64,000 nucleotides of DNA from positions 14,042,304 through 14,106,303 of the forward strand of contig CM082578.2 of assembly GCA_040954595.2 (NCBI GenBank), in the 5' to 3' direction. Below, piece by piece: positions 51,111-64,000 of the stretch. How positions within the stretch are numbered: position 1 is the first letter of the stretch; every line of letters begins with the position of its first letter. Made by a program: the position numbers and the translations under genes. The notes under the pieces are model-generated. The model saw only the letters and a program-made list of their open reading frames with translations. It was not told the origin of the DNA and ran no database searches. This DNA is from Balanoglossus misakiensis. Lineage: Eukaryota; Animalia; Hemichordata.

Positions 51111-54100
51111 TTTCAGTCTAAGAGTCCTACCAATCTTTGAATGGATGATGCAAAAACCAACATGAAAAACCTAGAGCTACTGAACTGCAGCTGGCGAGCG
51201 GATAGACAGACAGAAAAGCTTTAAAACTTACTTTAGTTGCCACACAAGATGCTTGAAAGACCTGTTGAGAAAATGAGAAAGGGTAAATATAGGCTATATT
51301 CAACAATGGACTAAACAACTCTAATGTGTTGAAATCATAACAAAAGTATCGCCAGAGGGCCTTATAGACTGCCATCGTGCGTTAAATAATGTTTGAATTG
51401 TGTGTAGAACGTCACACAAATGGAACGGGAGATTTAAGTCTGATAGAAGAATGCAAAGTCAGCAAGATTTGGATATCGAAATGTGGAGCAGAAGATATAC
51501 AGAGACTAAACTGGGTATGGAGTGACTTCATTTGTCAGCATTGGCATGGCAGTCATATCTAGTATCTACAATCAATGGCTAGGCTCCCAGCATGGGAGTA
51601 CCTCATTATTACCCCCGAGCTCCAAGTAAATATGGACGACTAAGAGACAAGACTGACGAATCTTTGTGAAATATGGATGAAATTTCGTCCTTAATTATTT
51701 ATTTGCTATATTCTAGACACATCTATATTTCCTAGAATTTTTACACCTGATTCCAACTGTTGAATGGAATGACAATGTCTGAAAACTAATAGAAAACCCA
51801 TTGTAATAGTCATAATGGTGGCAAATTTAATCCTCGAATACAAAAGCGTACATGGTCAACGCCTGATTACTTTTTATTTGTATTAAAAATAAGAGAAAGT
51901 GCGCACGCGTGCAAAGTATCAGTAAATTCATCAAGCTGACGGTATTTTACTGTGCGTGCGATATGAAATAACAAGAGAACGAAGACAACCGAATCATTGT
52001 TATTTTCAAGAAAAAAATCATCGCCACAAGTTTACTACTTCTGTGAGCAGAGTCAAAGTGACCCACATACAGATGTGAAAGACATGTCACGCTTAGAGCA
52101 TTGGTGTCTTTCGTTACTGGCCACAAGCTTTGCATTCAGCAATCAATACCGTAATAGGAGACATTATATCCTTCAAGTAATGCATTTAACCGGCTGGACT
52201 GAAAACCACGCTTATCGTTGAAGCGTCGCTCGTATCGTTTGCGCTCACTGAGTGATATACCATGCGCCCAACGATTCACGTTTGCTCTTAAGTTAATTTA
52301 TTTCACTTTCTACTTTCATAAAAGATGCATGGAAACTCATTGCAATATCGGGAAGAGAGTTGGATGCGTGCATCTGAGACAGGAAATTAAATCTCAAAAA
52401 GGGTTTGATAGTCGGATAAAAGAGCGAACTTGGTTATTGCCGGGTTTAATTCGTCAGAGTTGAAGGTAGCAATTTCCATTATATATATACAAGATCCTTT
52501 TACACCTTCATGACCTTCGTCTCCTGCCTGTCTCTTAACTCTAGGTCGATCTGTCTCTCGCATTTTGTCGTCTATCTATCTTACTACCTCAGAGTTTTAT
52601 TTTCGTTCAATTTGACTTCAATATCCCATGTTCTGAAGATAAAAGTCACTGACAGGTAAGGCGGTCTCCATGGTAATATATTACATTTGAAGTTAATCAC
52701 CTTGATGGCGTTTTCTCGCCATGTAATTGGGTCCAGTTTATCGACATGACTACTAACAGGGAACAAGAGCCTAGCGCGGTCTTCTCCTGCAGAAACCGAA
52801 TATTTATGAATTCGTCTCAGTTAATTCTGTTCGATCACAATTACACATATTTCAAAGCCTTTTTTGCAAAGGAGAGGGGCAAGGAAAAGCTCGTAGGACA
52901 TTTTGGCATCAGATCAGACGAGAATTTGTATGAAAGAATTACAAATAATGAAGCTAGAGATGATCGGAGAGAGAGAGGGGGAAGGAGTGAGTTGCGAGAC
53001 AGACCGACAGCGAGACGGAGTGACATGAAACAGAAAAGGTCGGACAGTCAGACGGGTACTGAGAGACAGGGAGGGATGGGGAGAAGAGAGTTACACCGAC
53101 AGTGTGGGGTAGACTGACTTACCCCTTGGGAGCGTTGCAAAACGATGAGTCGGGCAGCGCTTCGGGTAAACCGGACGATGAATGATTTCTTCGAAAAGCC
53201 GACCGAGAACGCCGCAAACGAGTCAATCGGCTCAACATGATGAAGTTGTGTCTGTGACGCCTCAACTTTATCGGTGTGCACCGGTCAGTAAATTAGGTTA
53301 TATGCTGCACGTCAGAAAAAAAATTAGAGTAGCCGGACGCGACCTACTGTATCAATCAATGGGCGACGATGTGAGTGATGCTGAATTCGCTTCTTCAATA
53401 CATCAAGCGCTGAATTATAATTTCTCCGTTAAAGAAAGTCATCGATCGGCTCACACACACGGGGAAATATCCAAGTCGTAATATTTGCTTCAACGTGTTC
53501 TGCCTTTTGTATCGGTGGACGTTTTTCATCTACGTGTTTCCATGACGAGATACTTATATATCACTATTCTACTTTTAGCCTACCACCTGTTATTCTGTAT
53601 TCGGTCGACGCATTGCGTTCCTCCGTATGCAAAGTACGGTCCTTTAATTAAATGCGGCTATCTACCCGCAGCTGATGAACAGAATTGCGGTGCATGGCGA
53701 GGAAATAACTAGCCGGACTGTAAACATGACTGTGTGCCTAGGCTGTGCGGAACCGTTCCTCGAACCTGGCCAGTGTGGTAGTGGCGAATCAAACAGTTGC
53801 AGAGAGGTTGAAACCAAATATTGCGGAGTCCTGTGACGACGATTTCTGCTATCGCTCAGAACACGTTCGTCTCGTGTTGATTGTTGCGCTCGGAATTTCA
53901 AGACTAGGATCACCAAGCGTGACGGGGGAGAAGAGTATATCCAGACGGTGGATTGATTAGTTGTCCCCGCGCCCGACGTTTACAAGTGGATGCTTGACGT
54001 CCGCAGAAAAACAGTGAATATCACACCTATGCAGTTGGTTACACACTGTCGGCGGTATTATAACACGAATGCTGGGGAACTGTCTGGCATTTATAGTTTA

Positions 54101-57100
54101 ATGAACAACACCCTCTAGTGGTTGGAAATCACTAGCAAAATTATAGTCTCAAAACAATGTAATCCCTGAATGTATATGCGTGGCAGGACCTGGGAATTCA
54201 TTAAGATAACCTCCAGGCTTTATATTGTGGAGTCGAGAAAATTATGCACGAGGATCGAAAAAGCAAACAGATCTGAAGGAGTCACCAGTCACTATTGGCA
54301 ACAGAACTGTTTAATTTTCTTTTGTTTTGCCTTATAAATTATCTAAATAAAACATTCGTTCGGAAGCATCGTTACGCAGATTGTGAGACCATTAGTTTCT
54401 GCATGGCGTTTTGACCCACTGAGGCTGAAATAATTACATGCAAATTTTAACAAAAATTGTCAAAGTAGACAGACCTTGGACGAAGCCTTCGGCAGATGAC
54501 TACTTTTAATCAGAGTGGTTCGCGGCAACTATGTTCACGAAATGCTGCATGCGGATTTCAATGTCAATGTAAACATCTTCTACTTGTACAGTATATGAAG
54601 CTTAGAGTTGATATCATTTAATCCAAGGATGGTTAATAGTAAAGCTCTCGGCATTATGAAAAACTATTCAGTGAAATGTTAGTCCTGAGCCTAAGAACTG
54701 TGCTCCCCTGGGAACTGCGCTCTTTAATATACTTTTCTTTGCACTTGCTGAAGCGAACACTTGCTCCCCGTTGCTTCCAGTTCTACATCTACCCGGCCAA
54801 TAGAGGGCGCCTTTACCAAAAGCAAATCAATAAAATTGTGTACCTTACGTAGTTCCCATAACATGCTTCTAAAGAACAAGATAGGAAAGTCAGGGATCTT
54901 TTTCATTTTGCATGCTTTTAGGAAGGCCTCAAAATTATTAATGGTACCTATGATCTGTTCAATCATAACACACAGACAGACAAAAAACAATAGACACCTT
55001 TATGACATAAATCTGGTTTCAATTTTATTGTATTTTACATATACATGTAAGGCACTTTTTCTTTGCAAAATATAATCAAGGTAAATCCAACCCACAATTA
55101 CAGTGCATGCCACGACCATTGGCACACATCAAATTACAGATCTGTGTTGAAATCATTGGACACATCAGTAATTAAAAATGTACAGTAGCTCTCATTACTA
55201 GAATATTTCAAGTCAGGAACCTGTTCAATGTAGACACACTAAATTGTCATAGTAGCATCAGTATTTACAGAAATTTATTCGGCATCCACAGCAGCCATCA
55301 AAACTTTCTTTCAGTTTTATGGCCAACAATTCGGCTATACACAGAATTCCCAATATTCCATATGCAATTCCCATATAATGTTTATGTACAATGGCATAAA
55401 AATACTTTGTATTTGTACATATAACTTTTATATCTGTGTTTTTTTGCTTGTGCCACCATCATGCAACTTCCTTCTGCCTTGCACCCTGAACACTGCAGAT
55501 CAAGTGTGGACAGAATGTGTCACAGTGAACATCAGCGAGAAGACTTCTTCTGCAAGAATTCCTACATGTAACCCTGGTCTTCATATATCAGCCAGTGGTA
55601 TTAATCAAAAGTAACTGCCCACTTCGCCCTTTAGTACTGACTTGTTTTCTCTCCTCGTCAATTGCTGTCTTCTTTTAGTCAAGCGACATCACTGTGCTAA
55701 AGCATGTTGCACATCATCAACAACATTGGCTCATATCACTATGTCATTCCCACACCATTTTACACGCGGGACTTCTATGAAACTTTACATAGAGTTTCGA
55801 CATTCTTCCAATACTTCTTGAGTTTGGGAAACATTTCTCTTGGGGGATCATTACATGCTGGTGTCACATAAAAGATCGACTTGGGGATCTGTGATAACAG
55901 ACGCAACAAGAAAGAATCACTGAAAAAAAATTGTGACAAAATATGAACGTCAAATAGAATTTAGAAACAAAAACAAATTCACTTTAACCCTGCACAATAT
56001 AACTCCGGGAAAGATTGTCTGCTGTGAACTCAACACATGGAACCAAAGAACACCAAAAATTGTGAGCTGTAAGAATCAATCTACACTCATTTTCATAAAG
56101 ACAATAATTGGCACAACAAAATAAAATCAGTAATCTTAAAAACATCCAAAACTTTCTATCTGTTCAAATATACCTCCTAAAGCTGGATCAAATGTAAACA
56201 TAAAATGCTCTTTTAGTACAGTTAGCGATGTTGCAGCTTTAACCCTTACACCACAATGGTTTGATCCAAATCCATTGTTTTCTATGATAAAGATGGACCT
56301 CCAACACAGAAATGGGGTGAAAGGGTGAATTAACATGAATTTGCAGCGCCTTGTAACATAAATAAAACACATGCAGATTTCAATAAAATAAAGTGTCCAT
56401 TTTCTGAGTAATCATAATAGTACTTTATGGAATTAAAACCCCAAAATATTCTTATGTGACGCATATGAAAATGTCATACACACAAACTGGGACATACTTA
56501 GTATTAGGCACTCCAGTTCTTAAACATCTCTCTCAACCATGCTGCAACACACTGTTTGGCATTAGTTGGGTGACTATGAGCACAGACAAATTCTGTATGT
56601 GACATAAAATGTTTGATGTCACAAACTTATAATGCCAACTGAAACTTTGAAATACAGTTATGGTCATTCTGGTTAGATATTTGGGAAGTTGCCATCATAG
56701 CAATCCTTGATAAACATGCTTAATATAAATCAAATGAATTTGGACATAAATCTTCCAAGACACCTAATTGTAAAACAGAATCTCATTTCAAAGACAAAGG
56801 TGCCTATCTGAGTACTATAATTTACTGCTTACAGAAAAAGCGTCCATGTGACGTAGATATATTGGGAAAATCAGCCTCATGGTTTACAGTCAATGTGAAG
56901 ACAATAAAGGCTCAGCACAAAACTAAAATCAAAATGTACATCCTGTATTAACAGAACCTCGAATCGTGCAAACATAGACAGGAAGATTATGAATGATATG
57001 GAGGTCTGTAGCAAACAAGACATGCAGTTGTGCAGATAATACTCTTGAAATGATATGTTGTATTCTCAGACAAATAAAACGAAGGTCACTCAAACATTGA

Positions 57101-57129
57101 TGTGTGGTGTTAACTGTTGAGATTGGGTT

Positions 57130-60100
57130 TTAAATCTTGGGTACACTCTTGTCCTTGGTCTCCGTCTTCTTGAGTCCTGATTTGCTGAAACCCTGAATGG
57201 ATCCCAGAAGTGCAGACCTGCCGCTGTTGTTGTTGTTTGTTCCGTTCGACACAGGTGGTGGAGAAGAAGGAGGCTCGTCAGAAGTCGAGGAGGTTACTGT
57301 CGAGATAATTACAGCAGAATATTGTCAGATCTTCAGGTGTGGGGCTCAGATGCAAGAACCACCACCATATTGCATTTGACCACCAATAGTTGGTTAGTTT
57401 GCTAGTGGTGACAGTACTCAGCATGCAGTGCTTGCAAATTGCCAGCACGGGGGACCAAATTAAGAGACAGGAACTCTGTTAGTTGATACAAGTTCTACAC
57501 AAGAGAACAGATAATTCACAAGTAACAAATGTAATCTTTCTCTCTAAAGAGTTAATGTTATATTCATTCAATGACAGAACAAAAGACACATTCGTTCACA
57601 GAGAAAATTGACTTAAAGTTTAATGTTACTGTTGTATTATAAAGTAAAGCATGCACATTAGTTCAGTGTACACTGTTCAAGTTCCATTGGCCTATTCCAC
57701 TATCACGTCACATGCAGGCTGCTGCAATTTTCTTACACATGTGATAGCAGTACAAAAAGATGCATGCATGAGTGTGGTTATAGGAATATGCATATTTCTA
57801 TGGCTGTTTCACATGTGGAGTTTGTACCATGGTGCGATTATATTCCTAGTTTCATCGATTGAAGTGCACCTGGAAGATCTGTTTATAATACATTCTGGTT
57901 TAACAACTGGCAAAATACATAGGCTATGCAGCAATAGGTTGTTTTGCAAAGAGACGAAACAGCACATGGACACAAAAGCGTTGATGAAATTCTCACAAGA
58001 CAACATGACAGAAATACACAAGACATGAGATGGGCACATATACATGCATGTACAACTGCATGATACCAGGACAGTCCTGGACATTTTCTACCGGTACCCA
58101 GACCTACCCACCAGTTGTTGTTTGAAACCAACAACTATTTGTAGTCAAACTAGCCATGCCTTTGAGATAACAATAGCGTAATATCGCTGTATTGATTCGT
58201 TTATAAAATCTCTATCAAACTTTTTGAAATATCACATTGACCACTTCAATGTCAACTAAAGACGTGGCTCTACTAAGATGTTCCACTGTCCAACAAAATT
58301 TCACTAAAAAAAACACCAAACAACAAAATGGGAAATGGTTGGGAAGTCGGGCATTGAGAGTGTGTGTTTTTTTATATGGAAAAAATACCAGTGATTAAAA
58401 TGTTAATGATTAAACAACACATTTATCACCTGAGGGGAAAGAGGGCTGGTGAAATAACAGAACGGTGACATAACTGTTATTAGTGAGAGAGTATTCAAAG
58501 AGGCTTGCAGTGTGATAAGCTCAACTGAAACTTGATGGACATCGTCAAACTTTCCAACAAATTTGGAGGTTTGACAATTTTTATTGAAAAAGGGTCCAGC
58601 AAAAAGATGGGATTTACAAACTCTGAATATAAGTTTTTGGATAAATTTTCATTTGAAAATGTTGTAATTACATAAATACTTTGATAGCCCCACAACACAC
58701 AACTGCATAAAATAGAATATCTTTAAATACAGATGATGGCAAAAATTTGTTAGCAGTAAAAAATGACTTGAGATTTCTCTCTTTCTTTGACAGTGTGAGC
58801 TGTATCGTGTCTACAAGCCTCCATTGAAGGTCGAGCTAAGATAGAGCACAAACCTATATGCAGGTACACTTGTACTGCATTCACATGAGATGGGGCTATC
58901 AGGCAACTTTACTATCTGCTGTGGTGTAAGAATATTAACATGAACGTCATTACAAGTTAAAGACATCACAGAAAATACAACCACATTACTACAGTGGGTC
59001 AGATTAGAAGAAACCATACATTACAGTGCTTGCACTTTGTGAAATAACTGGGTTTGGGTAATGGGGATATTTTTGGAGGCAACTGTGTTGATTGATGGAA
59101 TGGCCACAACCGTTTTGTTTGAAAAGATGGCAACAACCATGAAATGCTTTGCATAACGTGTGTACACAAATCAGCAAAAAACACTGCTGATTTGGTACTA
59201 TTAGTGTACACCACGATGGTCAATTTAAATCTTATTTGAAAAACACTGTGACCTTTGACATGGGTTTAATGAATATCGGTGACCTAATGATGTGAACAGA
59301 GTTTGAAAACTTAGCAGTCACCCATTTTCTCTTTGCAAATGTTGTTGAACTATCACAAAACAAATTTATAAGTTCAAACAAATCTTATGCGCCTAAGCTG
59401 CAAATTACAAGCCATCGTGTTAGAATGATTATGCACAATTTGAACTGAATTTAATGAGAAATGAAACTGGAAGTTAAGCTTTCAAGGGCGCTCAATCACA
59501 ACACCCTGAGACTCCACATTTGACGGTAGACTTACTGCCTTTGCCCTTCAACTTGAAAGACAAATAAACTTCATACTTACATGTATATATTACATAATTT
59601 GCATACCCTGTATTGTATATTTCAAAATATAGTGTGTTTTTTTTAATGGCATGCGACTGTCTCAAAATCTTTTTTTTCTCTCACCTGGTTAGACATGGTT
59701 CATAGCAGGATATGTGTAAGTAAAACATCTTTATATTAGAATGTGGAGGCAGTGTCTATCTAGATAGATTTCTCCATGCATTTGTAGCATTTTGTTGTTT
59801 GAACTGACGGCTACATCAAGACTTACCTGGTGAGGTTGGTCTGGCAGCTGGAGAAGAAGCTCTGGCTGATGTGGATGAACCTGCAATAAACGGATTCCCA
59901 ATGAAAGAATTCCCTGTTGATCACACCAGTATTGTCTCCAATTCCATCATCTGACTGTCTCTAAAAGACATCATATTTTCTCATGTAAAGCATACCACAG
60001 GCGGAAAAGGGATAATTTGTGGCATCTTTGTGACTTCTTCCTCTTTCTTCTTCACTTCATTTGACAGATTGAGACACTGCATTCTCTGCACTTACCCTAC

Positions 60101-63100
60101 AGGTAGACAGACAGGATTCAAAACTTACCAGACTCACTGCCAGCAGGAGATACTGGTCCATTTTCATCCAATCCATTCGCTTCCGTAAGTTGCTGCTGTG
60201 ACAGTCTTTTTCTTGAAGATTTCTTCCTCCTCTTCTTCTCTTCATCCGATCGGTGGAAGGCCTGTGCCTTTGACAGCCTTCTGTACGATGATATCTGTTA
60301 CAAAGTGGAACAGATATCTTGTAGAAGTGTCTCAATGATACTATGAGACTGATAGCAGGCGTGTTCATCTCTCTCTCCCTCTCTCTCTCACTCCCACACA
60401 ACCAGCCCAGGAAGTGACCTACCATTTTCTGCTCGTCTTGTAGCCTTTTCTCAATCTTTTCTTTTGCCATTTTCACACCATCTTTCAATTTGCTGGGTAT
60501 CTTCAGCTGAGGCCTGAACTCAGAGTTTCCCATGGGTACATCACAGAACAGTCTGTGAAGATGATTATCAAGACAAATTATTACAAGTATGCTCTTGTTC
60601 TATCAGACCTACACGCGAATAGCAAAATCTATTTTGGATGTGCCTAAATCAGTACATGACATCTTTTGTTCATACTCAAGACATAGAAAGAGCTGATGAA
60701 GGCAGTGCAAGTTTCTTTATCCCACTGTTGGTACTATGAATACAACAGATCAATGTATGCACAGTTCGGAATGTGGGACTGGAATATGCATGTCCAGAGC
60801 TGATACTTTTTTTCATTTCCAACACGATGGTGTGCCTAGTCTTTGTGTTTTCTCATCCACCATGATCATCATGACTTTATCGAGACTTAGAATACAGACC
60901 AACTTTAACATGGACTTGTTTACCAAAGTGACATATATTACAACAACGTGACAACACTAAAACATTGTATTTTGTTTGTTAACTTACGGGTCAGAAATGA
61001 GGTCATCTACTGAAGGTAGCCCACTTTTACACGACTCTGTAGTGAGAATGGACTCTAAGACTGCCTCTGAAATTGAAATGATACAAATAAATAGGTTTAC
61101 TTGTAAAATAAGTGCATGCCAATGACAGTACAGTGGGTCAATCGACAAGGTAGATGTACAATGAATGACTCTGTCCATAGGTTTTCGGTACATGTATGTC
61201 ATGCATATGCAGAGACGCCATCTTGTTTGGCAGGAGATACTAAACAGGAACCATACCCACCCACACCCAGACACACAGCTCATCATACTTACTGACAGGA
61301 GGTGGTAGATGAGCGGGAAAATCATCTTTGGTTGCCGAGTTCAGTGCTTCTCCAAATACCATCTCGTATAAAAGTTGACCAAAGCAATACACATCTACTG
61401 CTTCAGTTGTCTGCAAAAAACCCACAACAAATGCAAATGAAATACACTGGCATTGGGTTGGCAGGTTGGCATCTATCTATTCGTACATAGATTGCAGGTA
61501 CTCACGTTGATTTTCTTAAATTGTGTAAAGTACTGTCTGTAGTATGAAGGCAGGCCAATAAAGCTGTTCTCCAGATCGAGAAGCCTGCATGTGTTTCCTT
61601 CCAACATGACATTGCTTAAATGTAAATGACCGTAAGGGATGCCTTTGTCATGTAGGAACTTCAAGGCCTGTGAAGATATAATCAAATAAAACATTGTTAT
61701 GCTTGCCAAATGCTGAATGAAGAAGCCTGAATGAAACAGGAGCATAATTAGTTTAACTTCTAAAATCTCATATCAAATGTAATAACTCTGAAAACGACAT
61801 TTTTTCCTCCTCTTCTGATGAGAAACTTAAAAGAGACACATGTATGCTCTACTTACTTCAAGTATCTGTCTTCCGTATGTTTTGATATTCATAAGATTAC
61901 ATTCTGTGTACGTCTTTGGTTTCCCATACTTTTTCAGATAGCAATTCTTTGGTTTTGCCTGCAAAAACAAGATGTACATGTATTTGTATTAGACAAGATA
62001 ACACTTTCATATGTGGTCAATATGTTTATACTTAGTAACCTTTTACACACTACATAATAGTTGTACTAGTGAGGTGTTAGGGAATCATAACATAGACCAT
62101 GCTGTTGGGTCTGTCTCAAAATGAAATGATATTGAATGCGTACCTTGCAGAGAAAGTCTCGCAGGGTTCCCGTTGCATGAAACGTTCTGATTGCAAAGCC
62201 ACCATTCTCACTGGCTGTCGCAAAAGTGACTGGGTAAATGAAAGGATGCTGGACTGTGGGTAATATTTTCAGAATGGCTTGAAGATCCTTGTCTGACAGG
62301 AACTTGTCTGGACCAAAATCACTCTGAAATGATACAAGGGTGATCATAGATGCTCTTTTCATACCGAAATGAAAACAACAGCTCCAAGAGTTACCGAACA
62401 GATAGTCAGTTCAGATACATGACAAAGTAAGTTCACTTACCCACGCCAGAACCTGTCTAACCTTTGGCTGCTCTTTGGGTTTGATTAGGAAATAGTGTTT
62501 CCTTATCCTCCAGCCGGCTTCTTTGAGTGGTTCCACCACCTCCCAGTGGGGCTCCGATCTGAAGAACATCGACACAATCTGTAAGGCTATCTCTGCAAAG
62601 AAAATGACAGCAAGAGAAGAATGATTTATACAGAAATGATCTCTTGATCACTCCCTAGATGGATGACATTTTTCCCCTGCATCAAACAAGGTTCCGCTGG
62701 ACATGAATTAATAATGCAAACTGTAGTACGGCAACAAATATGAAGCATCCCCATACCACAGAGAGTTGCTTTGTGATTAGATGTTGCAGATCCATTAGTG
62801 GCTCTGCTTTTTTCCCTCACATTAATTTGTTTTGCTTCATCCATTTTTCATCCCTTGAGAACAAGATACATGTACAATGTACGTAACTTCAAAATCCCAC
62901 TGGACTGATAAATTGGACATACAGTCCGATCAGCTGCACAATATAAGTTCACTAGGCCTAAAGGATCACAAGCAACACTTCCAAAATAATATATACATGT
63001 ACAGCCATGGATTAACATTTGGCAGACCACTGTTGATTTTTCTAACCATAGAAACTGCAACAACACAGAAAGCATTAAATACTATTTTTATTTTCTCTCT

Positions 63101-64000
63101 CTCTCTCTAATACAAGTATTTTGGACGAGATCTTTTACACATGAATTGCTATTACTACTAGGACATCTATCCAAACATGCTTGATTGTGTTCACTGCTTT
63201 AACAAATCGTTCAAGGTTTTAGGATAGCCTCATTATTTTTCTAGACCACCGACTTCTTTGTACAAGGTCAAAATCAGCAGGGATGAACAAAACTGAATAG
63301 AGTGTCACATGGGACCTTGATTTATTATCGACAGTGAACTTTGTATTAACCTCAGAGTGAAGGCTGAATTGCAAATTACTTTCATTATTTTGCTACATTA
63401 AATTCTATGCTCTTTAATCATGTAAACAATTTCTGCATGTCTATTTTGTTATTCCCATCTTCAAATTTGACAATAAACTTGAAGTGAACCCTAAACTGCA
63501 TACACCTATGAAAAATATTTCATCTCATTCCGGCATTATATTTTTCCAAGCTAACATACAAATTACTACGATGACTTTAGTGTCTGATATTTTTATTTGG
63601 CGAATATGATCGACCTTCAATGACTGACTGATCATTTTATTCAGCCATATCAATTATTAACACACATGGAGTATTTGACTTGTCAGATTCTTTATATGTA
63701 CGTGCAATACTGTGAGAAACATTAACATTTATATATTACTTTCATGTGTTTGCTTGAAATGTCACTGTGACCTCACAACCCCTCAAATGACGAATCCAAC
63801 GACCTTTGACCCAATACGATCTCAAGTGGCACAATCAAAAAGAACAGAACTGCAGACTTACCGTGGAAATTTGATGAATAATTATTGATGTCTAGGAACT
63901 GTTTGACAAACAAGGAATTGGCCAATGCCAGATTGGCTAGTATGGTGTTCAGGTAAGTCTGTAGAGCTCTCTGTCTCTCAGCAACAAATTCTCTCTCCAT
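57130..64000 (-). CDS. PXK: PX domain-containing protein kinase-like protein (PX + pseudokinase + WH2); 5' end lies beyond the window
   Basis: In-phase exons >64000-63862, 62592-62441, 62323-62144, 61958-61857, 61667-61506, 61410-61293, 61066-60988, 60552-60423, 60294-60129, 59880-59827 and 57296-57130. PX end (MEREFVAERQRALQTYLN), VSMFFRSEPHWEVVEPL, DFGPDKFLSDKDLQ, pseudokinase PYGHLHLSNVML/LLDLEN, and WH2 GRSALLGSIQGFSKSGLKKTETKDKSVPKI. Confidence 0.95.

Noticed and set aside
52746-53117. 123-aa Arg/Glu-rich plus-strand ORF
   Set aside because: Largely produced by a GA-rich low-complexity tract.
59996-60097. Possible extra PXK exon between 60129 and 59880
   Set aside because: The preceding intron would be only about 31 nt and the required phase hits an immediate stop.
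61506-61667. PXK lacks HRD and DFG catalytic motifs
   Set aside because: PXK is an established pseudokinase, so this is not pseudogenisation.
1-64000. CRISPR arrays, operons, defence systems, autonomous transposons
   Set aside because: Eukaryotic intron-containing locus; no repeat-spacer array, transposase or reverse transcriptase ORF was seen.

Overview
This is AT-rich eukaryotic (animal) genomic DNA with GT-AG introns. An invertebrate deuterostome such as a hemichordate or echinoderm is my guess from composition and gene content only. Seven protein-coding genes are supported. From left to right: an intronless class A GPCR (+) that appears nested in a very long intron of EDEM1; EDEM1 (-; only exons 1-3 recognisable); DCLRE1B/Apollo with an intronless CDS (-), head-to-head with MRPS33 (+); a 6-exon BTB-BACK-kelch gene (+) whose propeller looks scruin-like; a membrane-anchored JMJD8-like JmjC protein with a C-terminal TPR region (-); and the 3' part of PXK (-). 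I joined exons by hand and checked splice phases. Family assignments come from recalled motifs, not database searches. No rRNA, true tRNA, CRISPR or autonomous transposon was seen, only MITE-like remnants and microsatellites. I found no clearly new multi-gene system. The best leads are the TM-JmjC-TPR and BTB-scruin-like domain architectures, the nested divergent GPCR with a stop/start-overlapping uORF, an ERSE-like element upstream of EDEM1, and an unexplained spliced-looking CpG-rich unit at about 52.6-54 kb.
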